A stretch of DNA of 64,000 bases from the human T2T-CHM13v2.0 reference genome, Homo sapiens: NCBI RefSeq assembly GCF_009914755.1, contig NC_060927.1; one strand, 5' to 3'. The notes under the pieces are model-generated. The model searched no databases. It saw only the letters and a list, made by a program, of their open reading frames with translations, and was not told the origin of the DNA. This document shows positions 1-15,124 of this stretch, one piece after another (position 1 is the stretch's first letter; each line of letters opens with the position of its first letter). The translations under genes and the position numbers were made by a program.

Positions 1-94
1 TGTCTGTAACCTACCTTTAAAACTCCTCTCTCTGAATAGTCTAAATTTATTTAAAAGTTTGCTTAGGTTTTGTGAATGCAAACCACGATATCCA

Positions 95-778
95 CCGTAG
101 GGGCAAAAAGGTGTGATGCCTTTCCTTACAGATGCGACCCTTATAAGGGTCTTACAACAACAAAAAGGGTTAACAAGGGAAAGCATAGCATATTCATTTA
201 ATCCAAGTTTTTATAGCATGGAAGTCTTCAGGATGAAGACCCAAACACACAAGTGACACTGTTCGTTGTTAGGCTTAAGTCGACGAAGACTGTACAACAG
301 TATAAAATGTGATTGGATTAATAGGGAAAGATCCCATAGTAATAGACGGTCAGGGGAAACCCAGCGAGGCCTTCAGTTTGAGTTCTCCATGGCCCCTCTG
401 TGTGGCAATTCTTGCTTCTGGGTATAGGGCCCAATCCCTCTGGAATATGGATCTGAGGACCTATTATCAGACAGGGTATATCCTGGAATTTCTTTATGGC
501 CAGCTCCTACAAAGAAAGGCCCAGGGGGGAAGGTAGAGCTATATTTTAGGTTTTATGGCTGTTTGGGGGCAGAGGTATTTCACTTTCTGGGACCTGCCTG
601 GGGGAAGAAGAATTCTAGTTTCTATGGTGCCTTAAGGGAGAAAGGAGAGCAGGAGAAAGTAGAGTGGGAGAAGGTCAAACAGATCTCGCTTCTGAGGCCC
701 TTTTGGTTTCCTTCAGTTCAAAGGACTCAGCATATCAAGGCACCACAGTTTGGAACATCGTATTCTGGGTCCCAACAA
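95..778 (-). mobile_element. ERV1-class (MER4-group, MER34/MER39-like) solo LTR remnant
   Basis: Reverse complement of the right end reads TGTTGGGACCCAGAATACGATGTTCCAAACTGTGGTGCCTTGATATGCTGAGTCC, resembling the recalled 5' end of MER34/MER39-type LTRs. Left boundary approximate. Confidence 0.5.
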
Positions 779-1512
779 TATTCAAGCGAACACAGGAGTG
801 GTAAACGTACTGGGGCTACGTAATGAAGGCGGATCTATTAGGATTGCATGGGAAGAGGCTTCAGCTGTGTAGTGATGCATGGGTAGGATTTGCATAGGAA
901 GAGGGTCTGGGTAAAGGCATTCCTGGTGAATTCCTGGCACCACTACTTCTAGGTGGGTAGGGAATCAGAAAGAAGGGTGTTGGGGAACAATTGAATATAA
1001 GCAGGGGGTTCCAGAAGTTCTGTGTGGGCTCTGGAACTGTCATTATTTGGGAGATGAGCCTGTGGGCTCATCTTAAGGCAAAACAAGGCTACTGTTTTCA
1101 CTTCGATTCTTTGCTTACCTGGAGTGGATTTGAGTGGCTGAAGACATTATGGAAAGACATGAAGCCTCCCTTCTCTCTCCCAAAATAAACTACTCCCTCT
1201 TTGGTGAAACAACTGAAATCAGGAGGACAGACCAGGAGCACTACAGAGTACCACAGGAGTGCTACAAAGCAATGTACCCTTCTTAATGTATCAGAGAGGG
1301 AGCACTGCAAGTTGTAGAGAACAGGAGTGCTGGAACTTAGAATTCCATTCAGTGACCTTACTCCCATTCCAGACTCTGCTCCAGGTTATAGCACAGCGTG
1401 CTTCAGCACAGAGCTACCTCTGAGAGCTAGCATACAGAGTGGGTGAGTGGGAGAGGCCCCAGGGTGCCTGGGGAATCTCAGGCAGGCGACAGGGACATGA
1501 ACTTGGAAGTTA

Positions 1513-2084
<572 letters not shown>

Positions 2085-2771
2085 CTAGAAGGAGAAGCAT
2101 ATAAAATGAATGACAGTGGCACCTCTGAGAAGAAGCTGGGGTGCAGGATGGGTGATTTTTCACACTCTTCTTATATTCATATCATTTGAACCTTTTCAGT
2201 GAAATGATATTCACCTTATCACTTAGGTGGTACATTTTGTGAAAGGCAGAATGAAGAATGGTGTTGAAGCACAGGCAACTCAGGTCTCCAGGGCAGAAGG
2301 GTTGGCCTAAGGGCAAGGCAGCAATGGTATGGTTTTCCTCACCACCACCCATGGGGAAGCCCAGTGCTGGTGCCTGCTCATGTCTAGCAGACAGCCATCC
2401 TCCTGTCTTAGTTCACCTTTCACAGCTGGGTTTAGGGGCCTCTAGAGCACAGGAGTGCCAGCCAGTTGTAGCCCTTGTACTTAGGGTAGAGCCAGCAGAC
2501 ACTTACCTTGACAGGATCTGTGAAAACCCATCTTTATGCTGTATAGTTCCCTTTTTTTTCAACACTTTCCTCCATGGCAGAAAACCACAACAACTTGAAA
2601 TGAGACCCTTCACCACCTGTGCTTTCTTCAAAGTGTACACGAGGACAGATTGTTGAGCCACTGGTGGGGCGATCTGATCATATTACTCTGATTTTTCTAA
2701 AGCTCTTCTTCCTTTGCTGAAAGACTGGAAGCTCACAACTCTGGCTGGGCATCTTCAGTTCCCCATATGCA

Positions 2772-2810
2772 TACACACACACAGACACACACACACACAC
2801 ACACACACAC
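2772..2810 (+). repeat. (CA)n microsatellite
   Basis: Direct reading of the CA tract. Confidence 0.95.
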
Positions 2811-3239
2811 GCTTCTCTCCTCTTTGAACGTCTTTGGATTCTGCAGAGCAGATTTGTCCTATGATGTCATAAACTGTGAAGTCTTCAACCCTCAGGTTGG
2901 TTTTCTAAGTAGGCTTTGTTATGAGCAGTACCAGACTAAGTGGTATTTGCACACACATAGTGTCTTTGGTTCTTATGGCTCTGGGTGTGTGTGTGTCTGT
3001 GTGTGTGAGGGAGGAGTAGGGGAAGAGATACAACACTCCTGGGGAAGGGAGTGCAATTGCTAGTATCACATAAAAAGTATGAAAACTTTTCCAAGAATTA
3101 GGGAGGAATACGATTTGGCAGAAAAGTAAAGTCATATCCAATTCAATCAACCTTGAATGAATTTAAAGGTGCTCCTTGTAGTTAGGACGCCAGTGCTGAG
3201 GCTCAGTCATTGCTAGCTTTTAATATTAGACATAGCATC

Positions 3240-4150
<911 letters not shown>

Positions 4151-4307
4151 AATTTTTACTGGAGTAAGGATGTTGATACCATCAAGCCTCACACTTCTGC
4201 TGAGATTATCAACTGTAGTTTTCCAATGTTGGTCTACAGGTGGGGACCATTCTGTAATATAGTTTCCCCACTCTGTGTTGATGTGAGGAAAATAAGAATA
4301 ATAAAGT

Positions 4308-4535
4308 TTTATTGCTGGCTTTGAGGGAGAAGGGTTCTATGACCCGCCTTGGGGAAGAGAAATTCTAGCTTCTGTGGCCTGCCTTGAGAGAAGAAGTGGA
4401 GCAGGAGAAAGACGGGCAGGAGAAAGCAAGAAAGAGACTTTGCTTTTGCAGCCTTTTTAATGTCTTTCAGTTCAAAGTACTCGGCATGCCAAAGAGCCAT
4501 ATTTGGGGCTATCTTTTTCTGTGCCAAACCAACAA
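4308..4535 (-). mobile_element. ERV1-class LTR 5' fragment (MER34/MER39-like)
   Basis: TTCAGTTCAAAGTACTCGGCATGCCAAAGAGCCATATTTGGGG resembles the LTR end at ~715-778. Confidence 0.45.
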
Positions 4536-5029
4536 CACCAAACCAGAAAGAAGCAAGCATAGGGAATCCAGGGCTTCACTCAACCCATCCCTTCCTATGC
4601 TTTTCCTCTATCTCCACCCTGGGAGCAATTTTCTTTTACAGAACTAATGCAACTGAGCAGAGAAAGGCTGGCCTGTCCAGAGAGCAGATAGGACGCCCAT
4701 ATTTTATTTTCAGTTGTGCCAATGTCCTGCATGGGACTCCTGGAACTCACTGGATGCCCCTGTGCATGAGCTTCTTAGGCATGTAATAGAATTAACAGCA
4801 GTCTGCTTCTATGCAGGTAGGTATCCTGCAAAGAAACTTTGTATGAAATGTGTCTGCACATTGTACTCATTCTTGCATTGTTTACCCATGTAGTGACCTT
4901 CAAAAATGGCTTTGCAAAAGTCACAGGGGAATAACCGAGTTAGTAGGCACTTGTTTCCCCTCCTTCATCAGATTCTGCTCTGATTTGCTACATAAAGTTG
5001 TATAATCACCTGGAAATATGCACTGTGCT

Positions 5030-5105
5030 GCCACGTGATTTTCAAATGCAAATGAGCAGGTTAACAACCCCAGTGTTGCAATGTTCTAGCTGTAAATATG
5101 TTTGG
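5030..5105 (+). promoter_or_regulatory. KNG1: KNG1 proximal promoter motif cluster: E-box CACGTG (5032-5037), octamer ATGCAAAT (5046-5053), IR-1-like AGGTTAaCAACCC (5058-5070), C/EBP-like TGTTGCAAT (5074-5082), FOXA-like GTAAATA (5092-5098)
   Basis: Motifs read directly ~200-275 bp upstream of the ATG. An FXR/RXR IR-1 element in the human kininogen promoter is established knowledge. Function of the other motifs is inferred. Confidence 0.7.
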
Positions 5106-5305
5106 ATAACCCAGCAGAGCCATTTAACCTTTGGGAACAAGGCAACTAGCGTCTGGCAGCAGGAATCCAACCAGTGCCCTGAGTTCTGAGGCAGAGAGGA
5201 GGACAGAAGAAACAAGAGGCTGGAGATTGTCAAATTCAGTATCCCAGTTGGCTCTTGATTCTTGGTGAAACCATCCCTCAGCTCCTAGAGGGAGATTGTT
5301 AGATC

Positions 5306-5500
5306 ATGAAACTAATTACCATCCTTTTCCTCTGCTCCAGGCTGCTACTAAGTTTAACCCAGGAATCACAGTCCGAGGAAATTGACTGCAATGACAAGGA
5401 TTTATTTAAAGCTGTGGATGCTGCTCTGAAGAAATATAACAGTCAAAACCAAAGTAACAACCAGTTTGTATTGTACCGCATAACTGAAGCCACTAAGACG
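5306..5500 (+). CDS. KNG1: Kininogen-1 exon 1 coding part (signal peptide and start of cystatin domain D1)
   Basis: MKLITILFLCSRLLLSLTQESQSEEIDCNDKDLFKAVDAALKKYNSQNQSNNQFVLYRITEATKT; 195 nt; donor ACG|GTGAGT. Confidence 0.99.
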
Positions 5501-5564
5501 GTGAGTGAATTGTGTTTAACCTTGAAGTCACTTGGGATTTGTACTATCACTAGGAGTCCAGGCC

Positions 5565-6194
5565 TCACACACACACACACATACCACCACCAGCACCCAC
5601 CACCACCACCCACCACCCACCACCATCACCCACCACCACCACCACAACCACCACCACCACCCACCACCACCACCACCATCCACCACCACCCACCACCCAC
5701 CACCACCCACCACCATCACCCACCACCCACCACCCACCACCACCCACCATCATCACCCACCACCACCCACCACCATCACCCACCACCCACCACCACTCAC
5801 CACCATCACCCACCACCATCACCCACCACCCACCACCCACCACCACCAACCACCACCATCCACCACCACCAACCACCACCCACCACCACTACCACCCCTC
5901 ACCACCCACCACCACCGCCACCCACCACCCACCACCATCACCCACCACCACCACCATCCACCACCACCACCCAACCACCACCACCCACCACCCACCACCA
6001 TCACCCACCACCCACCACCACCCACCACCCACCACCCACCACCATCACCCACCACCTACCACCCACCACCCACCACCACCCACCACCACTACCACCCCTC
6101 ACCACCCACCACCACCACCACCCACCACCACCCACCACCACTACCACCCCTCACCACCCACCACCACCGCCACCCACCACCCACCACCATCACG
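5565..6194 (+). repeat. (CA)n followed by a ~610-bp degenerate (CAC)n/CACC tandem repeat in intron 1
   Basis: Almost only C and A on the + strand; internal duplicated block 5881-5941 = 6133-6193. Confidence 0.97.
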
Positions 6195-6924
6195 CACTAC
6201 CAAATATGTGATCATCAAAGGTAGAAGCTTACAACTTGTGGAAAGACAGATACCACTCTCTGGCCTGGGGTGGGAGGACAGAGTATGACTCGTCCTCAGG
6301 CAGGTTGGCTTCCTGGATGATCAGAGAAGTAGAATCTAGGGTGAAATGAAACAAAAGTAGATGGAGAAATCTCAACAGGACCAAGTAGAGAGGGAGAATT
6401 TAGGAATTTAGTTAGACTGCAGCAAAAGAATTCACTGGGTCTCTGGCCCTAGGCTAAAAACTATAGAACTCCAAACCTTTAATGGGAGGGGGTACTTCAT
6501 GGGGCATGTCTAAGAGGAGTGAGGAATGAGGTTAATGTGATTCTACGGAATTAGACAGAAGTCTGTATGGCTGAATGTACTGGGTTTAACAGCAACGTTT
6601 TAGTTAGTTTTTGATATTATTGCAATGATGCACTCCAGCAGGAGACAAATCCTGGCAGGATGCATGGTTCAAAGAAATACCAATCTTTCAAGAGTATGTT
6701 TAAACAAATTTCACTATAAAAGACTATATCTCTGGGAATGTCAAGCAATTGGTTACTTTAGCAGAAAAAAAAAAACTAGCCATGTGACAACATGGGGATA
6801 AAGGAAAATAAACACAGTGGACATGTTATTTTTTCTGAAAGTAAAATCGAGCCATTTTCTTTCATAATCTAGTACAGTCATGTGAGAAATTCTGCTTCAT
6901 GGTGATCTCAAGCAACAGTTTATT

Positions 6925-7050
6925 GGTGGTGTGGTACCCAATAGATTGTGGGTATGGTTGTAAATATACTAAAAAACATTAAATTGTATGCCTTTAGTGG
7001 GTAAATTTTATGGCATGTAAATTATATCTCAATAAAGCTGTTTAAAAAAG
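6925..7050 (+). mobile_element. Old L1 (L1M) 3'-end fragment
   Basis: Ends ...ATGGCATGTAAATTATATCTCAATAAAGCTGTTTAAAA, typical of L1M 3' termini. Confidence 0.7.
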
Positions 7051-7224
7051 AAAAAGTAGGAAACAAAATAAACCAAATAAAAGTACTAAAATCACCCATA
7101 ATTAATTCCACCATACAGAGATAACTGTTAACATTTGTTTAAGGTTTTCTTGTTTGCTTTTTCTAATTTGTAAAAGTCATATACGTTCATTAGGGGAAAA
7201 AGACCACTTAGAAATGTTTGCTTG

Positions 7225-7550
<326 letters not shown>

Positions 7551-7870
7551 TCACCACTGACAGACAAACATTTTAACAGCTTGCTGTGTATCTTTCCAGA
7601 CTTTTAAAAGACATAGATTTATATATAAACCAGTTTTGACAAAAATGGGCTAATACTATGCATACTGCTTTGTAACCTTTAAAAGTACATTGTGAATATA
7701 TTATAAACATTCTTTCACATAAATGTTTATGATAGAAATATAAATATATTTTAAGTGAATGCTTTGCTCTCAAGTCAAAGATCAATATTCCTAACTTTAC
7801 CGGAACCCACTAGAATTATTTGCTGTTGGGTCAGTTGGATGAACCCTAAGTATCTTTGGCTGCTTTTCAG

Positions 7871-7981
7871 GTTGGCTCTGACACGTTTTATTCCTTCAAG
7901 TACGAAATCAAGGAGGGGGATTGTCCTGTTCAAAGTGGCAAAACCTGGCAGGACTGTGAGTACAAGGATGCTGCAAAAGCA
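7871..7981 (+). CDS. KNG1: Kininogen-1 exon 2
   Basis: ttttcag|GTT...GCA|gtaagt; 111 nt; VGSDTFYSFKYEIKEGDCPVQSGKTWQDCEYKDAAKA. Confidence 0.99.
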
Positions 7982-8550
7982 GTAAGTGTATTGGCCATTC
8001 TTGGGCCTTCTGTTTTCTCCGTTGACCCTGCCAGATTTTTTTACTGATGCAGAAATGATGGCTACTGGTGAGCCTGTTTATGAGAAATGCAAATAAACAT
8101 TCCAATGTGTAGAAAAGTCAGATGCTTTATATCTGTGTTCTTGTATAGACAGAAAAATCATGGAGAAGCCAGCAGTTAAACATGGAGAAAGCCTTTCCAT
8201 GAGAAGGGGGCTCTAGTGTCCAGCCAGAACATGTGGCTCAGACTCCAGAGAGATAACAAATTGACATTTGGGCCAAGCCAAAGAGCTGGCGAGGGGAGGG
8301 GGTGGGTGCTTCCATTGCACAACGTTAAGTGCAAATCTTGACTCTGCCTTCCATTAGCTGTGTGATAGCGGGGGAGCTGTGACCTCTCAGAACTGGCACT
8401 TTCTGCTGTATATGGGAGATAATATTGACCTCATCAGGTTGTTGGAGGATGAAATCAGATGAATTATGCAAATAACTTTGATAACAATGGCTATCTTAAC
8501 CAAATGCCTAACATATAGGCCTGGCACACCATAGCTGGTTGTTGTTTTGC

Positions 8551-8853
8551 TTTTTTTTTTTTTTTTTTTTTTTGAGCCAGAGTCTCGCTCTGTCGCTCAG
8601 GCTGGAGTGCAGTGGCGCGATCTCGGCTCACTGCAAGCTCTGCCTTCCAGGTTCACGCCATTGTCCTGCCTCAGCCTCCTGAGTAGCTGGGACTACAGGC
8701 ACCCACCACCACGCCTGGCTAATTTTTTGTGTTTTTAGTAGAGACCGGGTTTCACCGTGTTAGCCAGGATGGTCTCAATCTCCTGACCTGGTGATCTGCC
8801 TGCCTCAGCCTCTCAAAGTGCTGGGATTACAGGCGTGAGCCACCACGCCCAGC
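8551..8853 (-). mobile_element. AluY-like element, antisense in intron 2
   Basis: Poly(T) then reverse Alu with CTGCAAGCTC, GTTCACGCCATT and TTAGCCAGGATGG diagnostics. Confidence 0.92.
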
Positions 8854-10197
8854 CATGGTTGTTTTGCTTTAATTAAGAAAGATTTCAGACAGTATCTGCC
8901 TCAGAAGCAAGCCTCTCTTTTCATGGATTGATTCCCTTCTTTTATGTCAGAACATAAAAGATGACTGCCAGTCATCTGCCATTACCAAAGAGTACTGAAC
9001 TCCAAGTCAGGAGTCTAGGATTTTGCAGTGCTGGTTCTCCCTTCTCAGTCATCTCATCTGTAAGGTGGGGATAAGTAGCTGCTGTGCTCTGTACTGCCTG
9101 CTTCTAGGGGCTGTGTGGACAAAGGGAGGTGTGCTTTATCCTGATGGAATAGTATCTGTCACTTAGAATCCAATGGATATGACTGAAGAATGAAAAGACA
9201 AAACAAAACAAAAACACTGTTCAACAATAACAATTAAACAGCTGCCTATTATTAAGTGCCTGCTGTGTGGCGGGCCTCTAGTAGGCATTTTGTGTGTGTT
9301 TGCACACATACTGTTCACAACAACTCTAAGAGATAGATGTATCCCATCTTCTACAAGACGGGTAAACTGAGACTCCAAGAGTCAAGGGGACATGACAGAG
9401 TTAACAGCTAGCAAGTGACAAGGCTGGAACTGAATAACATTTTGATGCCAAGGTCCTTGCCCTTTCTATTAAGTTAAACTGAAGTTTATGTGAACAGTAT
9501 TAACTCACTGAAGTTGAGTGGTAGATAAGAGGAGTGTTTAGCAGGCTGGTTCTAGACCTCTGCGTCCATCTTGGTTAGAAAGAAATAGCTCCAGAGCTCA
9601 GCCAGGTGCAGTGGCTCACACCTGTAATCGTAACACTTTGGGAGGCCGAGGTGATTGGATCATTTGAGGTCAGGAGTTTGAGACCAGCCTGACCAACGTA
9701 GTGAAACCCTGTCTCTACCAAAAATACAAAATTAGCTGGGTGTGGTGGCACGTGCATGTAATCCCAGCTACTTGGGAGGCTGAGGCAGCAGAATCACTTG
9801 AATCTGGGAGGCAGAGGTTGCAGTGAACCGAGAGATCGCACTGTTGCACTCCAGCCTGGGTAACAAAAGCAACACTCTGTCTCAAAAAAAAAAAAAAAAA
9901 AATAGGAAACAAAAGAAAAAAGAAATACCCTCCAGGGCTCAAAACAAAGACTCAAGCTTTAAAACCTCATCATTTACACTGTCTTTCCTCCAGCATCTCA
10001 TGAATATCAGTGGCTTATATAAAGTAATCATTAGGCTATTAAAAAAATTTATTCTCATGTCTCAAAACTCTTTTGGTAAAATCTTCACAAGTTTTGTTTT
10101 GTTTTGCTTTTTAAGGAAAGCCACATTTAGCAACAGTATTAGGTAGACTTTCCCATCTGAAAGATTAAGATAAATGATCTCTTTCTTTTCTTTTTAG

Positions 10198-10282
10198 GCC
10201 ACTGGAGAATGCACAGCAACCGTGGGGAAGAGGAGCAGTACGAAATTCTCCGTGGCTACCCAGACCTGCCAGATTACTCCAG
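10198..10282 (+). CDS. KNG1: Kininogen-1 exon 3
   Basis: tttttag|GCC...CCAG|gtggct; 85 nt; ATGECTATVGKRSSTKFSVATQTCQITP. Confidence 0.98.
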
Positions 10283-10889
10283 GTGGCTGGTTTATCCTCT
10301 GGCACTGCCCTGGTGGGAAATTAACCATTTCTGTGAGCCAGGAACACAATCTTGACCAGGCTCTGCTTGCTCCCAGAGGGTGGCAGTAGTAAAGCCATTT
10401 GCAGAGTTAGGGAGCATTGGGTGGAGCGGCAGAGCCCGGAGGTTGAGCCAGGCTCGTGACCATCATCCCCTTAGGACTATCCCAACTCTTCCCGTGTGCT
10501 GCATTGTACCCAGTGTGTGCAAGGGCTCAACAGAAGGACCAGAAGACATAAGACCTGCCCTCCATTGCAGGCAGCATCCCAGATTGAGGAGCGCATAGGC
10601 TTTGAGGGCAGACCTGGCCTGGAATCTTTCAGAGCTCCTTGCCTTCTTGCCTCTCCTTTTCCTTGTCTAGAAAAGGGAGGTAAGAGTACTTCCCACTTCA
10701 CAGGACTGTTGTGAGGCTGAAATGAGATGATATGCCTGGAGGTACAATCATAATAACATACTAACATATTAATCATAATAACATATTAGCAACAATCAGG
10801 ATAAAAGTAATAGCTAAGATATATTGAGTCCTTATGTCCCAGCCATGACTCAAAGCACCTTACATGTATTATCTTCTTTTTCTTTTTTT

Positions 10890-12450
10890 TCTTTTACTGA
10901 TACATAATATTTTACATATTTATGAGGTACATGTGAGTGTTTTTTACATGCATTGAACATGTAATGATTAAGTCAGGGTATTTGGGGTATCCATCACCTG
11001 TAATAGTTATCATTTCTATGAATTGGTAATATTTCAAGTCCTCTCTTTTAGCTACTTTGAAATATACAATATATTGTTGCTAACTATAGACACTCTAGTC
11101 TGCTATGTAACATTAGAACGTATTTCTTCTATCTAACTATAATTCAGTACCTATTCACCAACCTCTTCATTTCCCCCTTCTACCCGCTTACCCCGCTCAG
11201 CCTCTGGTATCTGTCATTCTCTTCCCTTCTCTATCTCCATGTGATGGTTTTAGCTTCCACATGTGAGTGAGAACAATGTGAAGTTTGTCTTTCTGTGCTT
11301 GAGTTGTTTCACTTAACGACCTCTAGTTCTGTCCATGTGGCTTTAAATGATATGATTTCAATTCTTTGTTTACGGCCAAATACTATTTCATTGTGAGTAT
11401 ATACCACAATTTCTTTCTTTTTTTTTTTCATTTTGAGACAGAGTCTCGCACTGTCGCCCAGGCTGGGGTGCAGTGGCACGATCTAGGCTCACTGCAACCT
11501 CCCGGGTTCAAGCAATTCTCCAGCCTCAGCCTCAGCCTCCTGAATAGCTGGGATTATGGGCATCGCCACCACGCCCGGATAATTTTTGTGTTTTTAGTAG
11601 AGATGGGGTTTCACCATGTTGGCCAGGCTGGTCTCGAACTCCTGACCTCAGGTGATCCACCCGCCTCGGCCTCCCAAAGTGCTGGGATTACAGGTGTGAG
11701 CCACTGTGCCTGGTCCCCCACATTTTCTTTATTCATTCACCTTTTGATGGACATTTAAGTTGATTTCATATCTTTGCTATTGTGAATACTGCTGCGACAA
11801 ACCTGGGAGTGGAAGTACCCCTTTGATAGGCTGATTTACTTTCCTCTGGGTAGATGCCCAGTAGCTGGACTACTGGATATATGGTATTTGGTGTTTTCAT
11901 TTTTTGAGGAATCTCCGCACTATTTTCCATAGTGGTTGCACTAATTTACATTCTTACCAACAGTGCATTAGAGTTCTCTTTTCTCCATTTCCTCCTGGCT
12001 GTGTTTACCGCTTACATGGCAGGCAGCGAGAGCTCTGTGGTGAAGAAGTCCAGGCTCCCAGGGGGTCCCTCCAGGTGTGCCACTCACTCTGCAGCTACGT
12101 TCCCTTTTTATGGACTTTGCCTCTATTGACCAGTAGGTTAGGGCTATCTGTTATGAACATTACTTGATAATTTAATACAAATTCTTTTTAATAATAGCCA
12201 TTCTAACTGGGGTAAGATGATATCTCATCTCATAATGGTTTTGATTTGCATTTCCCTAATGCTTAGTGATATTGGGCATTTTTTCACATACCTGTTGGCC
12301 ATTTGTATGTCGTCTTTTGAGAAATGCCTACTGAGATCATTTGCCCACTTTTTAATGGGATTACTTGGTTTTTTTATTGGTGAGTTGATTGAATTCCTTG
12401 TATATGCTGGATGTTAGTCCCTTGTGGGATGCATGGTTTGCAAATATTGT
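10890..12450 (-). mobile_element. L1MA-type 3' region, antisense, interrupted by an Alu (~11415-11715) and a non-L1 insert (~11995-12183)
   Basis: Reverse L1 3' motifs such as TTTTCCATAGTGGTTGCACTAATTTACATTC and ATAGCCATTCTAACTGGGGTAAGATGATATCTCAT. Confidence 0.85.
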
Positions 12451-12617
12451 TTTTCTTTCTTTTTTTTTTTCTTTTGAGACACAGTCTTGCTCTGTCGCCC
12501 AGGCTGGAGTGCAGTCCCATGATCTCGGCTCACTGCAACCTCCGTCTCCTGAGTTCAAGTGATTCTCCTGCCTCAGCCTCAGCCTCCCGAGTAGCTGGGA
12601 CTATCACATTCAGCTAA

Positions 12618-12845
<228 letters not shown>

Positions 12846-12849
12846 TAAG

Positions 12850-13022
12850 CCGAGGGCCCTGTGGTGACAGCCCAGTACGACTGCCTCGGCTGTGTGCATC
12901 CTATATCAACGCAGAGCCCAGACCTGGAGCCCATTCTGAGACACGGCATTCAGTACTTTAACAACAACACTCAACATTCCTCCCTCTTCACGCTTAATGA
13001 AGTAAAACGGGCCCAAAGACAG
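12850..13022 (+). CDS. KNG1: Kininogen-1 exon 4 (start of D2)
   Basis: ttaag|CCGAG...ACAG|gtttgt; 173 nt; EGPVVTAQYDCLGCVHPISTQSPDLEPILRHGIQYFNNNTQHSSLFTLNEVKRAQRQ. Confidence 0.98.
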
Positions 13023-13235
13023 GTTTGTTCTTTAATTCTCTAAGTAGCACAGTATTACTAAAATTTGTTAGATCTTTACATTTAAAATGTATGATTGCAT
13101 GGCTGGTGGTGTTTTCATGTGACTAGCACAGGAAGCGAAGAGCTTTCTCCTTAGTCAAAGTGAGTCGGATAGTGCAATATGTAAAGTGAGAAAAGATGTC
13201 GAATCAGACCCCCTTCCTTTGACGTTTGATTTTAA

Positions 13236-14365
<1,130 letters not shown>

Positions 14366-14791
14366 CTCCCAGACTTTTCTGATAGTTGACTGGGTCTCTT
14401 GTATTTCAGCCTCTTATTATGAGTGATTCCCTTTGGTTAGTAACATTCTCTGCATTTAATAAACCTTACAACTTGCTTTCATGCGAGCATGCTTTACTCA
14501 ATTATGTCCGTATAGTGCTATCAGGGTGGGAGAGGCCCAGAATAAAGTAGAAGAAATCTTACTACTTGGTAACCTGGGAGCCTGAGGACCCAACAGTAAA
14601 GACCACTCCCCTCTAAAGTTTTCTTTATCCGTCTAGAAGGGCATTATTATTTTATGAAATTCAGTAAACATTTCTCTCTGCAGCCTGGCAGAGGAAATAT
14701 TGTTAGGATTCACTTAAGGAAATCCATGTTCCAAAACTGGCTGAAAAATAGAAAAATATATATATTGCTTGTCATTTTCAGATGGCTAGCG

Positions 14792-14828
<37 letters not shown>
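14792..14828 (+). repeat. (GT)n microsatellite ~190 nt upstream of exon 5
   Basis: Direct reading. Confidence 0.95.
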
Positions 14829-14830
<2 letters not shown>

Positions 14831-15016
14831 AGATATGAGACTCTTAAGGTGCTCAATGTTTATTCAGCATTTTTTTGCCTAGTAATAATAATATTTTATA
14901 TTTCTTGGGCACTTATTATATTGCCACACTGTTTTCTAAACTCCTCATAACATTCATATCCCACAGCGAATAATGTTTAAACTGCCCTTTAAATATTCAA
15001 TCTGAAATTGTTTCAG

Positions 15017-15124
15017 GTGGTGGCTGGATTGAACTTTCGAATTACCTACTCAATTGTGCAAACGAATTGTTCCAAAGAGAATTTTCTGTTCTTAACTCCA
15101 GACTGCAAGTCCCTTTGGAATGGT
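15017..15124 (+). CDS. KNG1: Kininogen-1 exon 5 (completes the cystatin QVVAG motif of D2)
   Basis: tttcag|GTG...GGT|gtaagt; 108 nt; VVAGLNFRITYSIVQTNCSKENFLFLTPDCKSLWNG. Confidence 0.99.

Noticed and set aside
5580-6194. PRDM9 13-mer hotspot motif array in the CAC repeat
   Set aside because: The common unit CCACCATCACCCA misses the last position of CCNCCNTNNCCNC, and near-matches are expected by chance in C-rich repeats.
5528-6224. Extra ORFs over the CAC repeat (Val/Gly/Trp-rich on -, His/Pro/Thr-rich on +)
   Set aside because: Low-complexity repeat with few possible stops; no independent evidence of coding.
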